DNA of 32,000 bases from Opitutia bacterium KCR 482 (GTDB taxonomy: Bacteria > Verrucomicrobiota > Verrucomicrobiia > Opitutales > Intestinicryptomonadaceae), in NCBI GenBank assembly GCA_029269845.2, contig CP149973.1, positions 600,001 to 632,000 of the forward strand. Reading direction: 5' to 3'. The notes below the pieces were generated by a model. The model was not told where the DNA came from, searched no databases, and saw nothing but the letters and a program-made list of their open reading frames with translations. Each line of letters begins with the position of its first letter. Position 1 is the first letter of the stretch. Positions 8,383-16,699 of this stretch are shown in pieces. The position numbers and the translations under genes were made by a program.

Positions 8383-8411
8383 TTCAAAACTTCCGCGAAC
8401 CACCAAGCCAC

Positions 8412-8433
8412 AAAAAATGCGGACGCATTTTTT
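8412..8433. promoter_or_regulatory. 22-bp near-perfect palindrome AAAAAATGCG-GA-CGCATTTTTT
   Basis: Read directly. Centred about 100 bp upstream of the sigma54-like element. It could be an activator-binding site or a weak bidirectional terminator. An overlapping inverted repeat TGCGGA (8418-8423) / TCCGCA (8445-8450) is also present. Confidence 0.3.
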
Positions 8434-8493
8434 CAAAACGGCAATCCGCATACTAATCTAAAAACTCCATGCGCGGCTGTGCGCGGGGGGACA

Positions 8494-8599
8494 GGCGGAA
8501 ATTTTCGCGGTAGCGAAAACCGCCTTTTGGGGGCGGCAGCCCCCTCTGCGGCGTGCAGGCTCCAGCCTGCCCCAAGATAAGAGTGGCGCGGCTCGCGCC
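8494..8599. repeat. Cluster of modular GC-rich hairpins (REP-like), copy A
   Basis: Four hairpins: bulged GGCGGaaaTTTTCGC-GGTA-GCGAAAACCGCC (8494-8524); GGGGGC-GGCA-GCCCCC (8529-8544); CGGCGT+GCAGGCT-CC-AGCCTGC (8549-8570); GGCGCG-GCT-CGCGCC (8585-8599). The same modules recur at 17655-17733 and 19263-19277. Confidence 0.6.
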
Positions 8600-8629
8600 C
8601 CAGATTCACAAGCCCTATCGGGACTTGGG

Positions 8630-10303
8630 CTATCTCACCCTTCTGGAAGAAAAGACGGAGTGCTTCGCCGCCTTGTTCGGCTTAATATCCGAAGAAACAG
8701 TCGCGGAAGCCTTTTCCATGTCGAGCTTCATTTGCGAAAGCTTTGCCGAACGCCCTACGAGCTTCCCGTCCACATAAACCGAAAGCCCCGCGCCTTTGCC
8801 GTAGCGCGTACCGAAGCGGTCGTACACAACTTCGAGCTTGCGCCCCTTGACGGAAACGTTGCCGAGGTAGAAGTAGTCCCACGAATCGGGAACGAGCGGG
8901 TTGATTTCGACGGTAGAATCAAGATTCGGGCGAACCCCGACAAGCTCGGAAATAACGTGGTTGCAGAACTGCGAGTGGTTGTAGTCTTTGCCGCGCTCGC
9001 GCCCGCCCTTGCGCTTCGACCACGTGCCGTTCTCCCATTTTTCGAGGCGCGTGCGGGAAATCCAGTCGCCCGTGTAGGGGTTGATGTTTTCGTCAATCCA
9101 CATCACGCGCCTGCCGTCGGGGAGAACCCTGTGGTGCGACATCGCGTATGTTTGGAGGGTGTCGAAGTACAGACCCTTGTCGGCGTAGGCGTTCTGCCCA
9201 TTCGCGTTGATGAAGTTCGCGAGAGCGTTGAGGGTCGTGGAAGTCGCAAAAGGCCACGACGGACCGTTCCAGAGGCACTCGTGCCCCTCGTAGGCGACGG
9301 CGAATTTCGGGTGGCTCTGCTCGGCGGTCGTCGGCCCGTAGGGGGCTTTGAACGCGGAGGCGTCGGAGAGGAATCTCCACGCGTCGGAGCGGCTCTTCGG
9401 CGGAATGTTGTACACCCACGGGGTGTAGCCGTGAAGCTCGCGGACGTCGGAAAATTCGGCCGAGCCGAGGGGAATCACCTTGAAGAATCGGGCGGATTCG
9501 TCCCAAAGGGCGGTGTTGATTTTGTCTTTGAGAGCCGCCGCCTTTTCGGCGTAGAGCTTGGCGGCGGAGCCGTCGTCCAAAATGCCAGCAATTTCCGACA
9601 GCGCGCGGTATTCGCCGTACATGTGCGCGTTTATCGTCGCCCTGTACCCCAAGAATTTCGGGTGGAGCGAACCGGAAATAGAGTACTCCATGCCGTCGCG
9701 GCTGTCCCTTTGCCAGAAAAGTCCGCGCTCGGCGTCGTAGTGTGATTTTTCCCACTCGGCGGCGTTTTCGCGCATTTTGCCGAAAAGCTCGGAAAGAATC
9801 GCCTTGTCGCCCGAAACCTTGTACAATTCGAGAACCGAATGCGCCACGGGGAATGTGTATTTGCGGATGTTGTTGCCGCAGTTAAACCAGTAGCGGGCGT
9901 AGGCTTCGAGGTACTTTTTGTCGGCAAGCCAGCGACCCTCCGCGAAGTGGTGCGCGCCGGGGCACGAAATCGCGTTGTAAAGCCCCGACCACGGAACTTT
10001 CGGGAGGAACTCGGTAATGACGTAGCCGTCGGGCGTCTGCTTGACGTGCTTTCGGAACGTCCACCAGCGGAAATAATAAACGCGCTCAAGCTCGGCGTCG
10101 GGACACTCGAACACGGGCGCGTTTTCCGAAAGGAACTTTGCCGCCTGCGAGTTCGGGTAGAGATTCTGAACAAGCTCCTCGTCGGCGGCGTTGAACTGCG
10201 CCGTATATTTTTCGAACTTGGACGTGTCGGGAGTTTCCGCCGATACGACATGCGCGGCGATTGCCGCCGCGCACACTGCAAAAAACGTTTTTGCCTTTCC
10301 CAT
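8630..10303 (-). CDS. Secreted six-hairpin (alpha/alpha)6-type glycoside hydrolase, GH63/MGH1/trehalase-like
   Basis: The start is moved from the ORF-track 10342 to the ATG at 10303, giving signal peptide MGKAKTFFAVCAAAIAAHVVSAETP and a 4-nt gap to the upstream stop. Motifs YYFRWWTFRKH, GLFWQRDSRDGME and WNGPSWPFATS resemble six-hairpin glycosidases. The family call is tentative. Confidence 0.6.
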   Translation of the reverse strand: MGKAKTFFAVCAAAIAAHVVSAETPDTSKFEKYTAQFNAADEELVQNLYPNSQAAKFLSENAPVFECPDAELERVYYFRWWTFRKHVKQTPDGYVITEFLPKVPWSGLYNAISCPGAHHFAEGRWLADKKYLEAYARYWFNCGNNIRKYTFPVAHSVLELYKVSGDKAILSELFGKMRENAAEWEKSHYDAERGLFWQRDSRDGMEYSISGSLHPKFLGYRATINAHMYGEYRALSEIAGILDDGSAAKLYAEKAAALKDKINTALWDESARFFKVIPLGSAEFSDVRELHGYTPWVYNIPPKSRSDAWRFLSDASAFKAPYGPTTAEQSHPKFAVAYEGHECLWNGPSWPFATSTTLNALANFINANGQNAYADKGLYFDTLQTYAMSHHRVLPDGRRVMWIDENINPYTGDWISRTRLEKWENGTWSKRKGGRERGKDYNHSQFCNHVISELVGVRPNLDSTVEINPLVPDSWDYFYLGNVSVKGRKLEVVYDRFGTRYGKGAGLSVYVDGKLVGRSAKLSQMKLDMEKASATVSSDIKPNKAAKHSVFSSRRVR

Positions 10304-10307
10304 GATT

Positions 10308-11270
10308 TTAGAAACCGAGGTCTTCGCCTTCGTGGATTGCAAGACCGATGCGTTCGAGGTGCTTCGTTCTTCCGTTGTACCAGAGAAGCCAATTCTTGCC
10401 GTCGAAGACCGCGTAAGGCTTGTAAGTTGCGTCGGCGTCCCAGCTGTCGGGCGACGGCTGGATTATCGGGTTGCCCGAATAGCGTTCCCAGTTGTGGATA
10501 CCGTCTTTGGAGCGCGCCATGCAGATTCGCGCGGTGTGGATATCCTCAAAGCCGATGTAGAACATGAGGTAGTCGTTGGCGCGTTTGATGACTTGGCACG
10601 CAGTCACCCTGTCCTTTTCCCACTTCATGCCTTTGTTTGGAACCATGACGGGGTTGCCCTTGTATTTTTCCCAGTTGACGCCGTCCTTGCTCGTGGCGTA
10701 GCCGATTTCATTGGGTTCGTAGGTTTCGCCGCCCGAATACCACATTTTGAAAATCTTTTCGGACTCGTCCCAAATTACATGCGGGCACATGATTGATTCG
10801 CCCTCCCAGTGTTCGGTGGGCTCCATGACGGGATTTTGCTGGCGGACGAAGTTCCTGCCGTCGGTGCTCGTGGCGTAGCCTATGCGCGAGCGGATTCCCT
10901 TGTAGCCCTTGACGGGGCGAACCTGGCCCGTGTACCACATGTGGTATACGCCGTCCTTTACGACAACGCAGGGGCGGTTGAGCCTGTACTGCCAGCCCTC
11001 GTCCTGAAACGGCAGGACGATTACGGGCGCCGACCACGTTTTGCCGTCCTTGCTGTAATGTACCGCGATTGATTTTTGCGGACGCCACGACGAGAACATT
11101 TCGAAGCCCTTGTTTGTTTTGACTACGGCGATGTCGAAAATCGTGCCCAAGTCTCCGCCGCCCAAAAGCGGCTCTTTTCCGTATTTTTTCCATTCGCCGC
11201 CGAAGACGGCAGCCGACGCCGCGACAAACGCGGCGAGCGCAAACAGTTTCCCTTTCATTTTAACTCCCAT
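10308..11270 (-). CDS. Secreted five-bladed beta-propeller glycosidase-fold protein (GH43/GH130-like)
   Basis: 320 aa with a signal peptide. Blade repeats are visible: YHMWYTG, FKMWYSG, YLMFYIG, WLLWYNG, each paired with (S/T)(K/T)DGxxW. The alternative start at 11258 (MKGKLF...) is preceded by GGGAG and may be the true start. Confidence 0.6.
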   Translation of the reverse strand: MGVKMKGKLFALAAFVAASAAVFGGEWKKYGKEPLLGGGDLGTIFDIAVVKTNKGFEMFSSWRPQKSIAVHYSKDGKTWSAPVIVLPFQDEGWQYRLNRPCVVVKDGVYHMWYTGQVRPVKGYKGIRSRIGYATSTDGRNFVRQQNPVMEPTEHWEGESIMCPHVIWDESEKIFKMWYSGGETYEPNEIGYATSKDGVNWEKYKGNPVMVPNKGMKWEKDRVTACQVIKRANDYLMFYIGFEDIHTARICMARSKDGIHNWERYSGNPIIQPSPDSWDADATYKPYAVFDGKNWLLWYNGRTKHLERIGLAIHEGEDLGF

Positions 11271-11318
11271 TTTTAAGTGATTGTATGTATGTGTTGTAAA
11301 AATTTAATTGAATCCGAA

Positions 11319-14003
11319 TCAGCGGCGTTTGGCAAGCTCAAAAAACACGGTCGCGCCGTTCGCGAGCTTTGCGGTGTCGATGTCTATTTTCAAAACGCCG
11401 TTTTCCGCGGCGACGGGCAGTTTTTCCAGCCGTTCGCCCGACAGCGCAAGCGCGTAGAGGTCGAAGTTTTCGGCGTCCGCAATTTCAAGCTCGGCGGAAA
11501 GGCGGCAGACCCGCAGGCGAACTGGCTGTTTGCCGCCGCTTCTGAGGGCGCGTTTTTTTGCGGTGATTTTGAAGCCCGTCGAAATGTTGTCGGTGTTGAG
11601 CACAAGCACGACGCTCGAACTTTCCGAAAGCTTTTTGCCGTCCATGGAGCACGCCGCGACCGCGCAAGGAACGTCGACCGACTTCACCGTAAGCGCGCCG
11701 AGCTTCACGGGCGTCTTTATTCCGCGCGAGGCTACCGCCTCGGTTTTCGGGGTCGAGACCTTCACGAAGCCCTCGTACATGCTCATGAAAATTTCGCCCG
11801 TGTCGGACTGGAAAATTCCCTTTTCGGGGTTCGAGCGGTTGTATTTCGGCAGCACGCCGCGCTCGCGCAGGTCGGCGGCGAACGCCGACACGTCCTCTGG
11901 CAGATTTTCGGGCGTGTAGACCGCGTCCGCCGAAACCTTTGCGGGCGAAACCGCCGTGCCGTCGGGATTTTTCAGGCTTCCCGCCGACACGCGCTCCGCT
12001 TCGGGGAAGGAAATTCCGAAGCCCGTCATGAAAGAGGCTTTTTCCTTTTCGAAGCGCGTTCCCACGCTCGCCGACGAAATCGCGCCCGTGTACCGGAACT
12101 CTACGCGCTTTTTTGCGGGCGACACGTCGCCCCTGAAAAACATGCAGTAGTTCAGAAATTCGTTCGCCCTGAAAACGGGGGAATTGAAGACGCTGAAATT
12201 TCCAAGCTCGTAGCGGAATTTGTCGCCCATGGCGACGTCGTGGATTGTGAGGTTGTCGTAGTCCTGAAACGCCGCGTACGCCGAGAAAAACACGCCGGCC
12301 TCGTACTTGTGCACGTTCCAGTGCCGCTGCGAAAATTCGGAGACCATGAACGGCATGCCCCAAACGCGCTTGCCGACGGTGTACAAAAACCATCTGCCGT
12401 CCTCGTCGGCAATGGGGTCGGAAAGCCACGCGGGCTTTTTGTCGGGCTTGAAGTCCGTATGCGCGGTGGACGAATAGGTGTTGACGCCCATGTATTCGCC
12501 CCACTCGTAGCCCGCAAGGGTGATGTCGGGCTGCGACGTAAAATTGTACTGGTGCATGGGCGCGTTGAATTTCAGCTCGTCGCGCAGGAATTTTCTGCAA
12601 AATTCGGCGAGGTTGCGCGAGCGTTCGACGAAGATTTCGGAGAAGTCCTCCGCGCCCATTTTGAAGTGCTTTGCGTCGGAAAGCAGCTTCACTTCCGAGA
12701 ACGACGCAAACGGCGTTTCGGGCTTCCACACCTCGTTGAGAGCGTCGATTGTCCCGTACTTTTCCCTGAGTCTTGCGCGGACGAACTTTTCGGCGTATTT
12801 GCGCGTCGCCTTAGACATGCCCTGCAAGGGCGAGAATGTGGCAATCATGTCAAGCTCGTTGAAGCACTCGACGGTCGCAATCGACGCGTCTTCGAGCCAC
12901 GTTTTGCCCGTGTAGGGGTTGACGTGTTCGAGCATTGCGCGGACGGATTTTTTCCAGTTTTCGCGCACGGTTTCGTCGCCCAAAAGGAAGCGCACTTTTA
13001 CGTCGAACCTGTCGCCCCACAGCACGTCCTTTTCGCCGAAGAGGTGGCTCGAAAGCATTATGTGCGAATACACGCCCTCGCGGGCGCAGGCGTAGAGAAA
13101 ATAGTCGTACTTGTCCTGAACTTCGGGGGTGTAGGCAAAGTCGCCCGCCAAATCGGCGTTGAGGTCGGGACTGAGACGCCAGCGAATCAGGTTGTAGCCC
13201 TGCGCGCGCACGCGCGAAATTATTTTGTCCATCTGCTCCTTCGAATTGAGCATTCGGGCGAAGTCCTGCGCGGGACGCCAGTTTGTGCCCTTGAATTTTA
13301 CGCGGACTCCGCGCCTGTTTTCGAACTCGAAATACCCGTCTTTCGACACCGCCACGCGCCCGTATTTGCCCGCGGGCTTTTCGCCCATCTGCGCGGAAAC
13401 GTCGAGAACCGTTCCGCTTTCGACCAAAAGCTTTTTCGAATTTATGGGCTTCCAGAGGGCGTCGGGAAATTCGACGTACTTTTCGGTATCGACGAGCTTC
13501 GACGAGAACGTCGCTCCGTACACGCGTATTCCGCCGCCGCCGTACGGCTCGAACTCCAACGCGGCGGGAACGACGTCTTTCTTCCACGATTCGGGGACGA
13601 CCACCGAGCACAAAAACATCTTTCCGCCGCCGCCGACTTTCCTGCAAGACTCGAAGCCGTCGCCGCCCGCGACGCCGATGTTTACGCCGATTTTCAAAAG
13701 CCGGCTCTTGATGCCCGCGCCGTCCGAGCCTGCTATGCGCACGCGCATTCCGCCGCCCGACTGCGTTCCCGCGCCGCACAAAATGTAGAGATTGGAGGTT
13801 TTTACGCGCGGAAAATTCGGCAGCTTGTAGCTGTATTTTTTGTCCGACTCCATTTTTACGCCGTCGCCGACCTTGAACGGAAGCGAGCAAATTTCCGTAT
13901 CGGCCGCGTTTTCCCCGCCGACTTCGGGCACTTTATAGTTAAACTGCGCCGCATTGCACGCGAACGCAAAGATCACCCCGAACAAACATAGTAATAATCT
14001 CAT
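11319..14003 (-). CDS. Large secreted glycoside hydrolase, clan GH-A-like (beta/alpha)8 core with N- and C-terminal accessory domains
   Basis: 894 aa. Signal peptide MRLLLCLFGVIFAFACNA. Candidate acid/base residues N382-E383 in VECFNELD (nt 12855-12860). Candidate nucleophile E556 in PFMVSEFS (nt 12336-12338). The roughly 170-aa spacing is compatible with GH-A families. The N-terminal region (~190 aa) is Gly-rich. Confidence 0.6.
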   Translation of the reverse strand: MRLLLCLFGVIFAFACNAAQFNYKVPEVGGENAADTEICSLPFKVGDGVKMESDKKYSYKLPNFPRVKTSNLYILCGAGTQSGGGMRVRIAGSDGAGIKSRLLKIGVNIGVAGGDGFESCRKVGGGGKMFLCSVVVPESWKKDVVPAALEFEPYGGGGIRVYGATFSSKLVDTEKYVEFPDALWKPINSKKLLVESGTVLDVSAQMGEKPAGKYGRVAVSKDGYFEFENRRGVRVKFKGTNWRPAQDFARMLNSKEQMDKIISRVRAQGYNLIRWRLSPDLNADLAGDFAYTPEVQDKYDYFLYACAREGVYSHIMLSSHLFGEKDVLWGDRFDVKVRFLLGDETVRENWKKSVRAMLEHVNPYTGKTWLEDASIATVECFNELDMIATFSPLQGMSKATRKYAEKFVRARLREKYGTIDALNEVWKPETPFASFSEVKLLSDAKHFKMGAEDFSEIFVERSRNLAEFCRKFLRDELKFNAPMHQYNFTSQPDITLAGYEWGEYMGVNTYSSTAHTDFKPDKKPAWLSDPIADEDGRWFLYTVGKRVWGMPFMVSEFSQRHWNVHKYEAGVFFSAYAAFQDYDNLTIHDVAMGDKFRYELGNFSVFNSPVFRANEFLNYCMFFRGDVSPAKKRVEFRYTGAISSASVGTRFEKEKASFMTGFGISFPEAERVSAGSLKNPDGTAVSPAKVSADAVYTPENLPEDVSAFAADLRERGVLPKYNRSNPEKGIFQSDTGEIFMSMYEGFVKVSTPKTEAVASRGIKTPVKLGALTVKSVDVPCAVAACSMDGKKLSESSSVVLVLNTDNISTGFKITAKKRALRSGGKQPVRLRVCRLSAELEIADAENFDLYALALSGERLEKLPVAAENGVLKIDIDTAKLANGATVFFELAKRR

Positions 14004-14009
14004 AACTAA

Positions 14010-14037
14010 ATACTATTTGCGGCGGAAACCAAGTCAA
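14010..14037 (-). promoter_or_regulatory. Candidate sigma70-type promoter of the glycosidase operon (very short or no leader)
   Basis: Minus strand reads TTGACT (14032-14037), N16, TAGTAT (14010-14015), then only 6 nt before the ATG at 14003. A 9-nt direct repeat GCGGAAACC (14022-14030 and 14045-14053) flanks the -35. Confidence 0.35.
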
Positions 14038-14061
14038 CATCAAAGCGGAAACCCGACGCGC

Positions 14062-14095
14062 AAAAAAATCCGCGCCCCTTTCGGGAGCGCGGATT
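14062..14095 (-). terminator. Rho-independent terminator of purD
   Basis: Minus strand reads AATCCGCGC(T)CCC-GAAA-GGGGCGCGGATT followed by T7 (plus-strand A-run 14062-14068). Begins 22 nt after the purD stop. Confidence 0.85.
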
Positions 14096-14116
14096 GCCGC
14101 GGAAAAATTCGGCGGG

Positions 14117-15421
14117 TTATTTAAGCAGACCCATGCGGCGAAGCTCGCGGTGGGCGATGTCGCGGCGGTAGAACGCGCCGTCGAACGACGTTTTTTTGCA
14201 GAGCGCGTAGGCGTCTTCGAGGGCGTCGGGAAGCGTCGCGCCCGTGCCCACCATGCCGAGAACGCGTCCGCCCGCGGTGAGGATTTTCCCGTCAACGGCT
14301 TTCGTTCCCGCGTGGATTATCCACGCGCCGTCGGGAATTTCGGAGTCGGGCGGGAACGAGATTTCGTCGCCCTTGCGGTATTTTCCGGGGTAGCCCGCCG
14401 CGCAGACTACGACTATCGCGGCGTATCCGCCGGAAATTTCGACTTTCGATTCGTCGAGGCGTCCGTTTGCGATGTCGTCCAGAACTTCAAGCACGTCGCT
14501 TTTTACAAGCGGCATAAGAACTTGGCATTCGGGGTCTCCGAAGCGCACGTTGAACTCAACAACCCTCGCGCCCGCGGCGGTTATCATGATGCCCACATAA
14601 AGCGTTCCGCGGTAGTCTATGCCCTCGGACTTCAAGCCCGCGAGCGTGGGGGCTATGATGTTTTTGCGGACGTCGTCAAGCACCTCTTTTGTGGCGACTG
14701 CGGCGGGCGCGTACGCCCCCATTCCGCCCGTGTTCAGACCCGTGTCGCCCTCGCCCACGCGCTTGTGGTCCTGACTTGCGGGAAGCATTACGTATTTGTC
14801 GCCGCAAACCATGAGCATAATGCTCGCCTCTTCGCCGACCATCTTTTCCTCCACGACGATTTCCCTGCCGCTATCGCCGAACGCGCCGCCTTCGAGCATT
14901 TCGCGCGCGGCGGCAACAGCCTCCGCCTTCGTTTCGGGAATCACAACGCCCTTGCCCGCCGCAAGTCCGCTCGCCTTAATCACGACGTCGAACGGCGCGG
15001 ATTCTATGTATTCGACAGCCTTTGCGATGTCGGTAAAGCTTTCGCCCGCGGCGGTAGGCACGCCGTACTTTTTCATGAATGCCTTGGAAAACGCCTTGCT
15101 CGATTCGAGCGTCGCGCCGTCCTTGTTCGGCCCGTAGGCCGCTATGCCCTCGGCGCGGAGCCTGTCCGCCAAGCCCATCGAAAGGGGAACTTCGGGGCCG
15201 CTTATGACGAGGTCGAAGCCGCCGCTTTTTGCGAGCGACACTATGCCCTCGACGTCGTCAGCGGCGACGCTTGCGACTTCGCAGTCGCGCGAGATTCCGC
15301 CGTTTGCTGGCGCGCACACGAGCTTTTCCAAGCGCGGAGACTTCTTCACCGCCTTCACGATTGCATGTTCCCTGCCGCCGCTTCCGACGACAAGCACTTT
15401 CAGTTTTTTAGATTCTTCCAT
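14117..15421 (-). CDS. purD: Phosphoribosylamine--glycine ligase
   Basis: MEESKKLKVLVVGSGGREHAIV... is a typical PurD N-terminus, and an ATP-grasp body runs throughout. The start is trimmed from 15472 to the ATG at 15421, which removes the overlap with the upstream gene (stop at 15426). Confidence 0.9.
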   Translation of the reverse strand: MEESKKLKVLVVGSGGREHAIVKAVKKSPRLEKLVCAPANGGISRDCEVASVAADDVEGIVSLAKSGGFDLVISGPEVPLSMGLADRLRAEGIAAYGPNKDGATLESSKAFSKAFMKKYGVPTAAGESFTDIAKAVEYIESAPFDVVIKASGLAAGKGVVIPETKAEAVAAAREMLEGGAFGDSGREIVVEEKMVGEEASIMLMVCGDKYVMLPASQDHKRVGEGDTGLNTGGMGAYAPAAVATKEVLDDVRKNIIAPTLAGLKSEGIDYRGTLYVGIMITAAGARVVEFNVRFGDPECQVLMPLVKSDVLEVLDDIANGRLDESKVEISGGYAAIVVVCAAGYPGKYRKGDEISFPPDSEIPDGAWIIHAGTKAVDGKILTAGGRVLGMVGTGATLPDALEDAYALCKKTSFDGAFYRRDIAHRELRRMGLLK

Positions 15422-15425
15422 AAAT

Positions 15426-16541
15426 TCAGATTGCCTTTCTGTAAAGCGACAGCGCAAACGCGAGCATCGCAATCACGGGAATCGCCGCCGCCCAGAACGG
15501 CGGCAGAAATCCGCGTCCGCCCATTGCCGCAAGCACGCTGTCTATGACGAAAAACAGGAAAAACAGGCCGACGGTTTTCGAGACCCCTACCATCGGGTTC
15601 GTGCGGACGCCCGCAACCGAAAACGGAATCGCAATCGCCACCACGATTATGCACGCAAACGCGCTCGCCCAAATGGAGTACCAGCGCACCAAATACGGCT
15701 GGACTTCGAACGCGGAGCGGTCGCCGAGGGCGTCGATTAGCGTCTTGGTCTCGACAAGCGAAAGGTCCTTCGGACGCCTCATCGAAAGAATCATGATGTT
15801 TGGAAGCTCCGTAAAATCGCGGTAGTATTTTTTGTCGAAGCCGACGGCGCGGGTCGCCCTGTGCGTCTGGGGGTCGTAGCTAATCTCCTGTCCGTCGGTG
15901 AAGAACCAACATTTGTCTACGTCGTCGTAGACGCCCTCGCGCGCCATCACCCGCGAGACCTCCCTGCCCTTGCCGTCGAGCACCGACACGCGCACGCCGT
16001 TCGCCCTGCTCGCCGCGCGGCTGAACGAATTTGTAAACCACAGGCGGCCGTCCTTGCGGTTGTTGAAGCACATGTTGGAGATTTTCCCGACCTCCGAAAT
16101 GCTCATGCTCTTCATCTCCTTTTCGAAGCGCGCGTTGTCGTAGATGGTGCGCGAGCTCTCCTTGCAGTACGGAATGAAAGACGCGTTCAGCCAAAGCAAA
16201 AGCCCCGCAAGAACCACCCCCGCAAACCACAGCGACCGCGTGATTCTAAACACGTTCATGCCAGCCGAACGCATCGCGACAATCTCGTTGTTGCGGTGGA
16301 GCGAACCCAACACATACACAAGCGAAAGCAAAAGGCTTATCGGCAGAATCACGGGAACGAGAGTCGGCGCAAGAAATGCGTAGTAGAGCGCGATTTCGCG
16401 CGTGCCCGCGCCCCAGTTTATCAGCGCGCCGAGATTGTTGTACATGTCGTGCAACACCAGAATTCCCAAGGTCACCCCGATTGCGATTGCAAAAACTTTC
16501 AACCACTCGCAAAAAATATATCTGTCCAACAATTTCGGCAT
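15426..16541 (-). CDS. LptF/LptG-family (YjgP/YjgQ) LPS export permease
   Basis: 371 aa. The N-terminus MPKLLDRYIFCEWLKVFAIAIGVTLGILVL is the family-typical opening. Hydrophobic segments flank a central periplasmic domain. Confidence 0.8.
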   Translation of the reverse strand: MPKLLDRYIFCEWLKVFAIAIGVTLGILVLHDMYNNLGALINWGAGTREIALYYAFLAPTLVPVILPISLLLSLVYVLGSLHRNNEIVAMRSAGMNVFRITRSLWFAGVVLAGLLLWLNASFIPYCKESSRTIYDNARFEKEMKSMSISEVGKISNMCFNNRKDGRLWFTNSFSRAASRANGVRVSVLDGKGREVSRVMAREGVYDDVDKCWFFTDGQEISYDPQTHRATRAVGFDKKYYRDFTELPNIMILSMRRPKDLSLVETKTLIDALGDRSAFEVQPYLVRWYSIWASAFACIIVVAIAIPFSVAGVRTNPMVGVSKTVGLFFLFFVIDSVLAAMGGRGFLPPFWAAAIPVIAMLAFALSLYRKAI

Positions 16542-16561
16542 AATAAAAAAGTATTGAACCC

Positions 16562-16589
16562 ATTATCGAAAAGCCGAGCCGAATATCAA
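16562..16589 (-). promoter_or_regulatory. Candidate sigma70-type promoter for lptF/G-purD
   Basis: Minus strand reads TTGATA (16584-16589), N16, GATAAT (16562-16567), about 20 nt upstream of the ATG at 16541. Confidence 0.35.
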
Positions 16590-16639
16590 ATAAAAATTCG
16601 CAAAAGCCCTTTCGGCGGAAAAATCCGACGCCCGACAAC

Positions 16640-16693
16640 AAAAAAATCCCGCCCGCGCAAAACGCGCCGAACGGGATTTTCCGCATGCGGAAA
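16640..16693 (-). terminator. Terminator region: 16-nt perfect palindrome plus long hairpin plus U7
   Basis: TTTCCGCATGCGGAAA (16678-16693) is followed on the minus strand by AAAATCCCG...CGGGATTTT with an inner GC stem (16644-16679) and then T7 (plus-strand A-run 16640-16646). This sits directly 3' of the stop at 16700. Confidence 0.8.
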
Positions 16694-16699
16694 CGGATT

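Noticed and set aside
8187-8580. Small ORFs in the 8204-8629 intergenic region (8250..8456 +, 8347..8580 +, 8187..8411 -, 8224..8451 -).
   Set aside because: The predicted peptides are highly basic or low-complexity with no RBS or promoter context. They run straight through hairpins and palindromes that are better explained as RNA/DNA structure.
10594-10599. An exact TGGCAC (sigma54 -24 hexamer) on the plus strand.
   Set aside because: It lies inside the minus-strand propeller gene, has no TTGC at the -12 position (the sequence continues GCAGTCACC), and no plus-strand gene lies downstream.
11277-13991. A 904-codon plus-strand ORF lies antisense to the 894-aa glycosidase gene. Similar kilobase-scale antisense ORFs occur elsewhere (6575..8293, 14150..15547, 24063..25076, 18068..19207, 21693..22889, 26194..27999, 28826..29893, 2433..3476, 3699..4697).
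   Set aside because: Those I checked (11277, 6575, 28826) are codon-aligned with the sense gene: same low-coordinate phase modulo 3. They stay open because the real genes almost never use TTA, CTA or TCA. Their translations are low-complexity and rich in R/V/F/A/G with no family resemblance. This is a codon-bias artefact, not overlapping genes.
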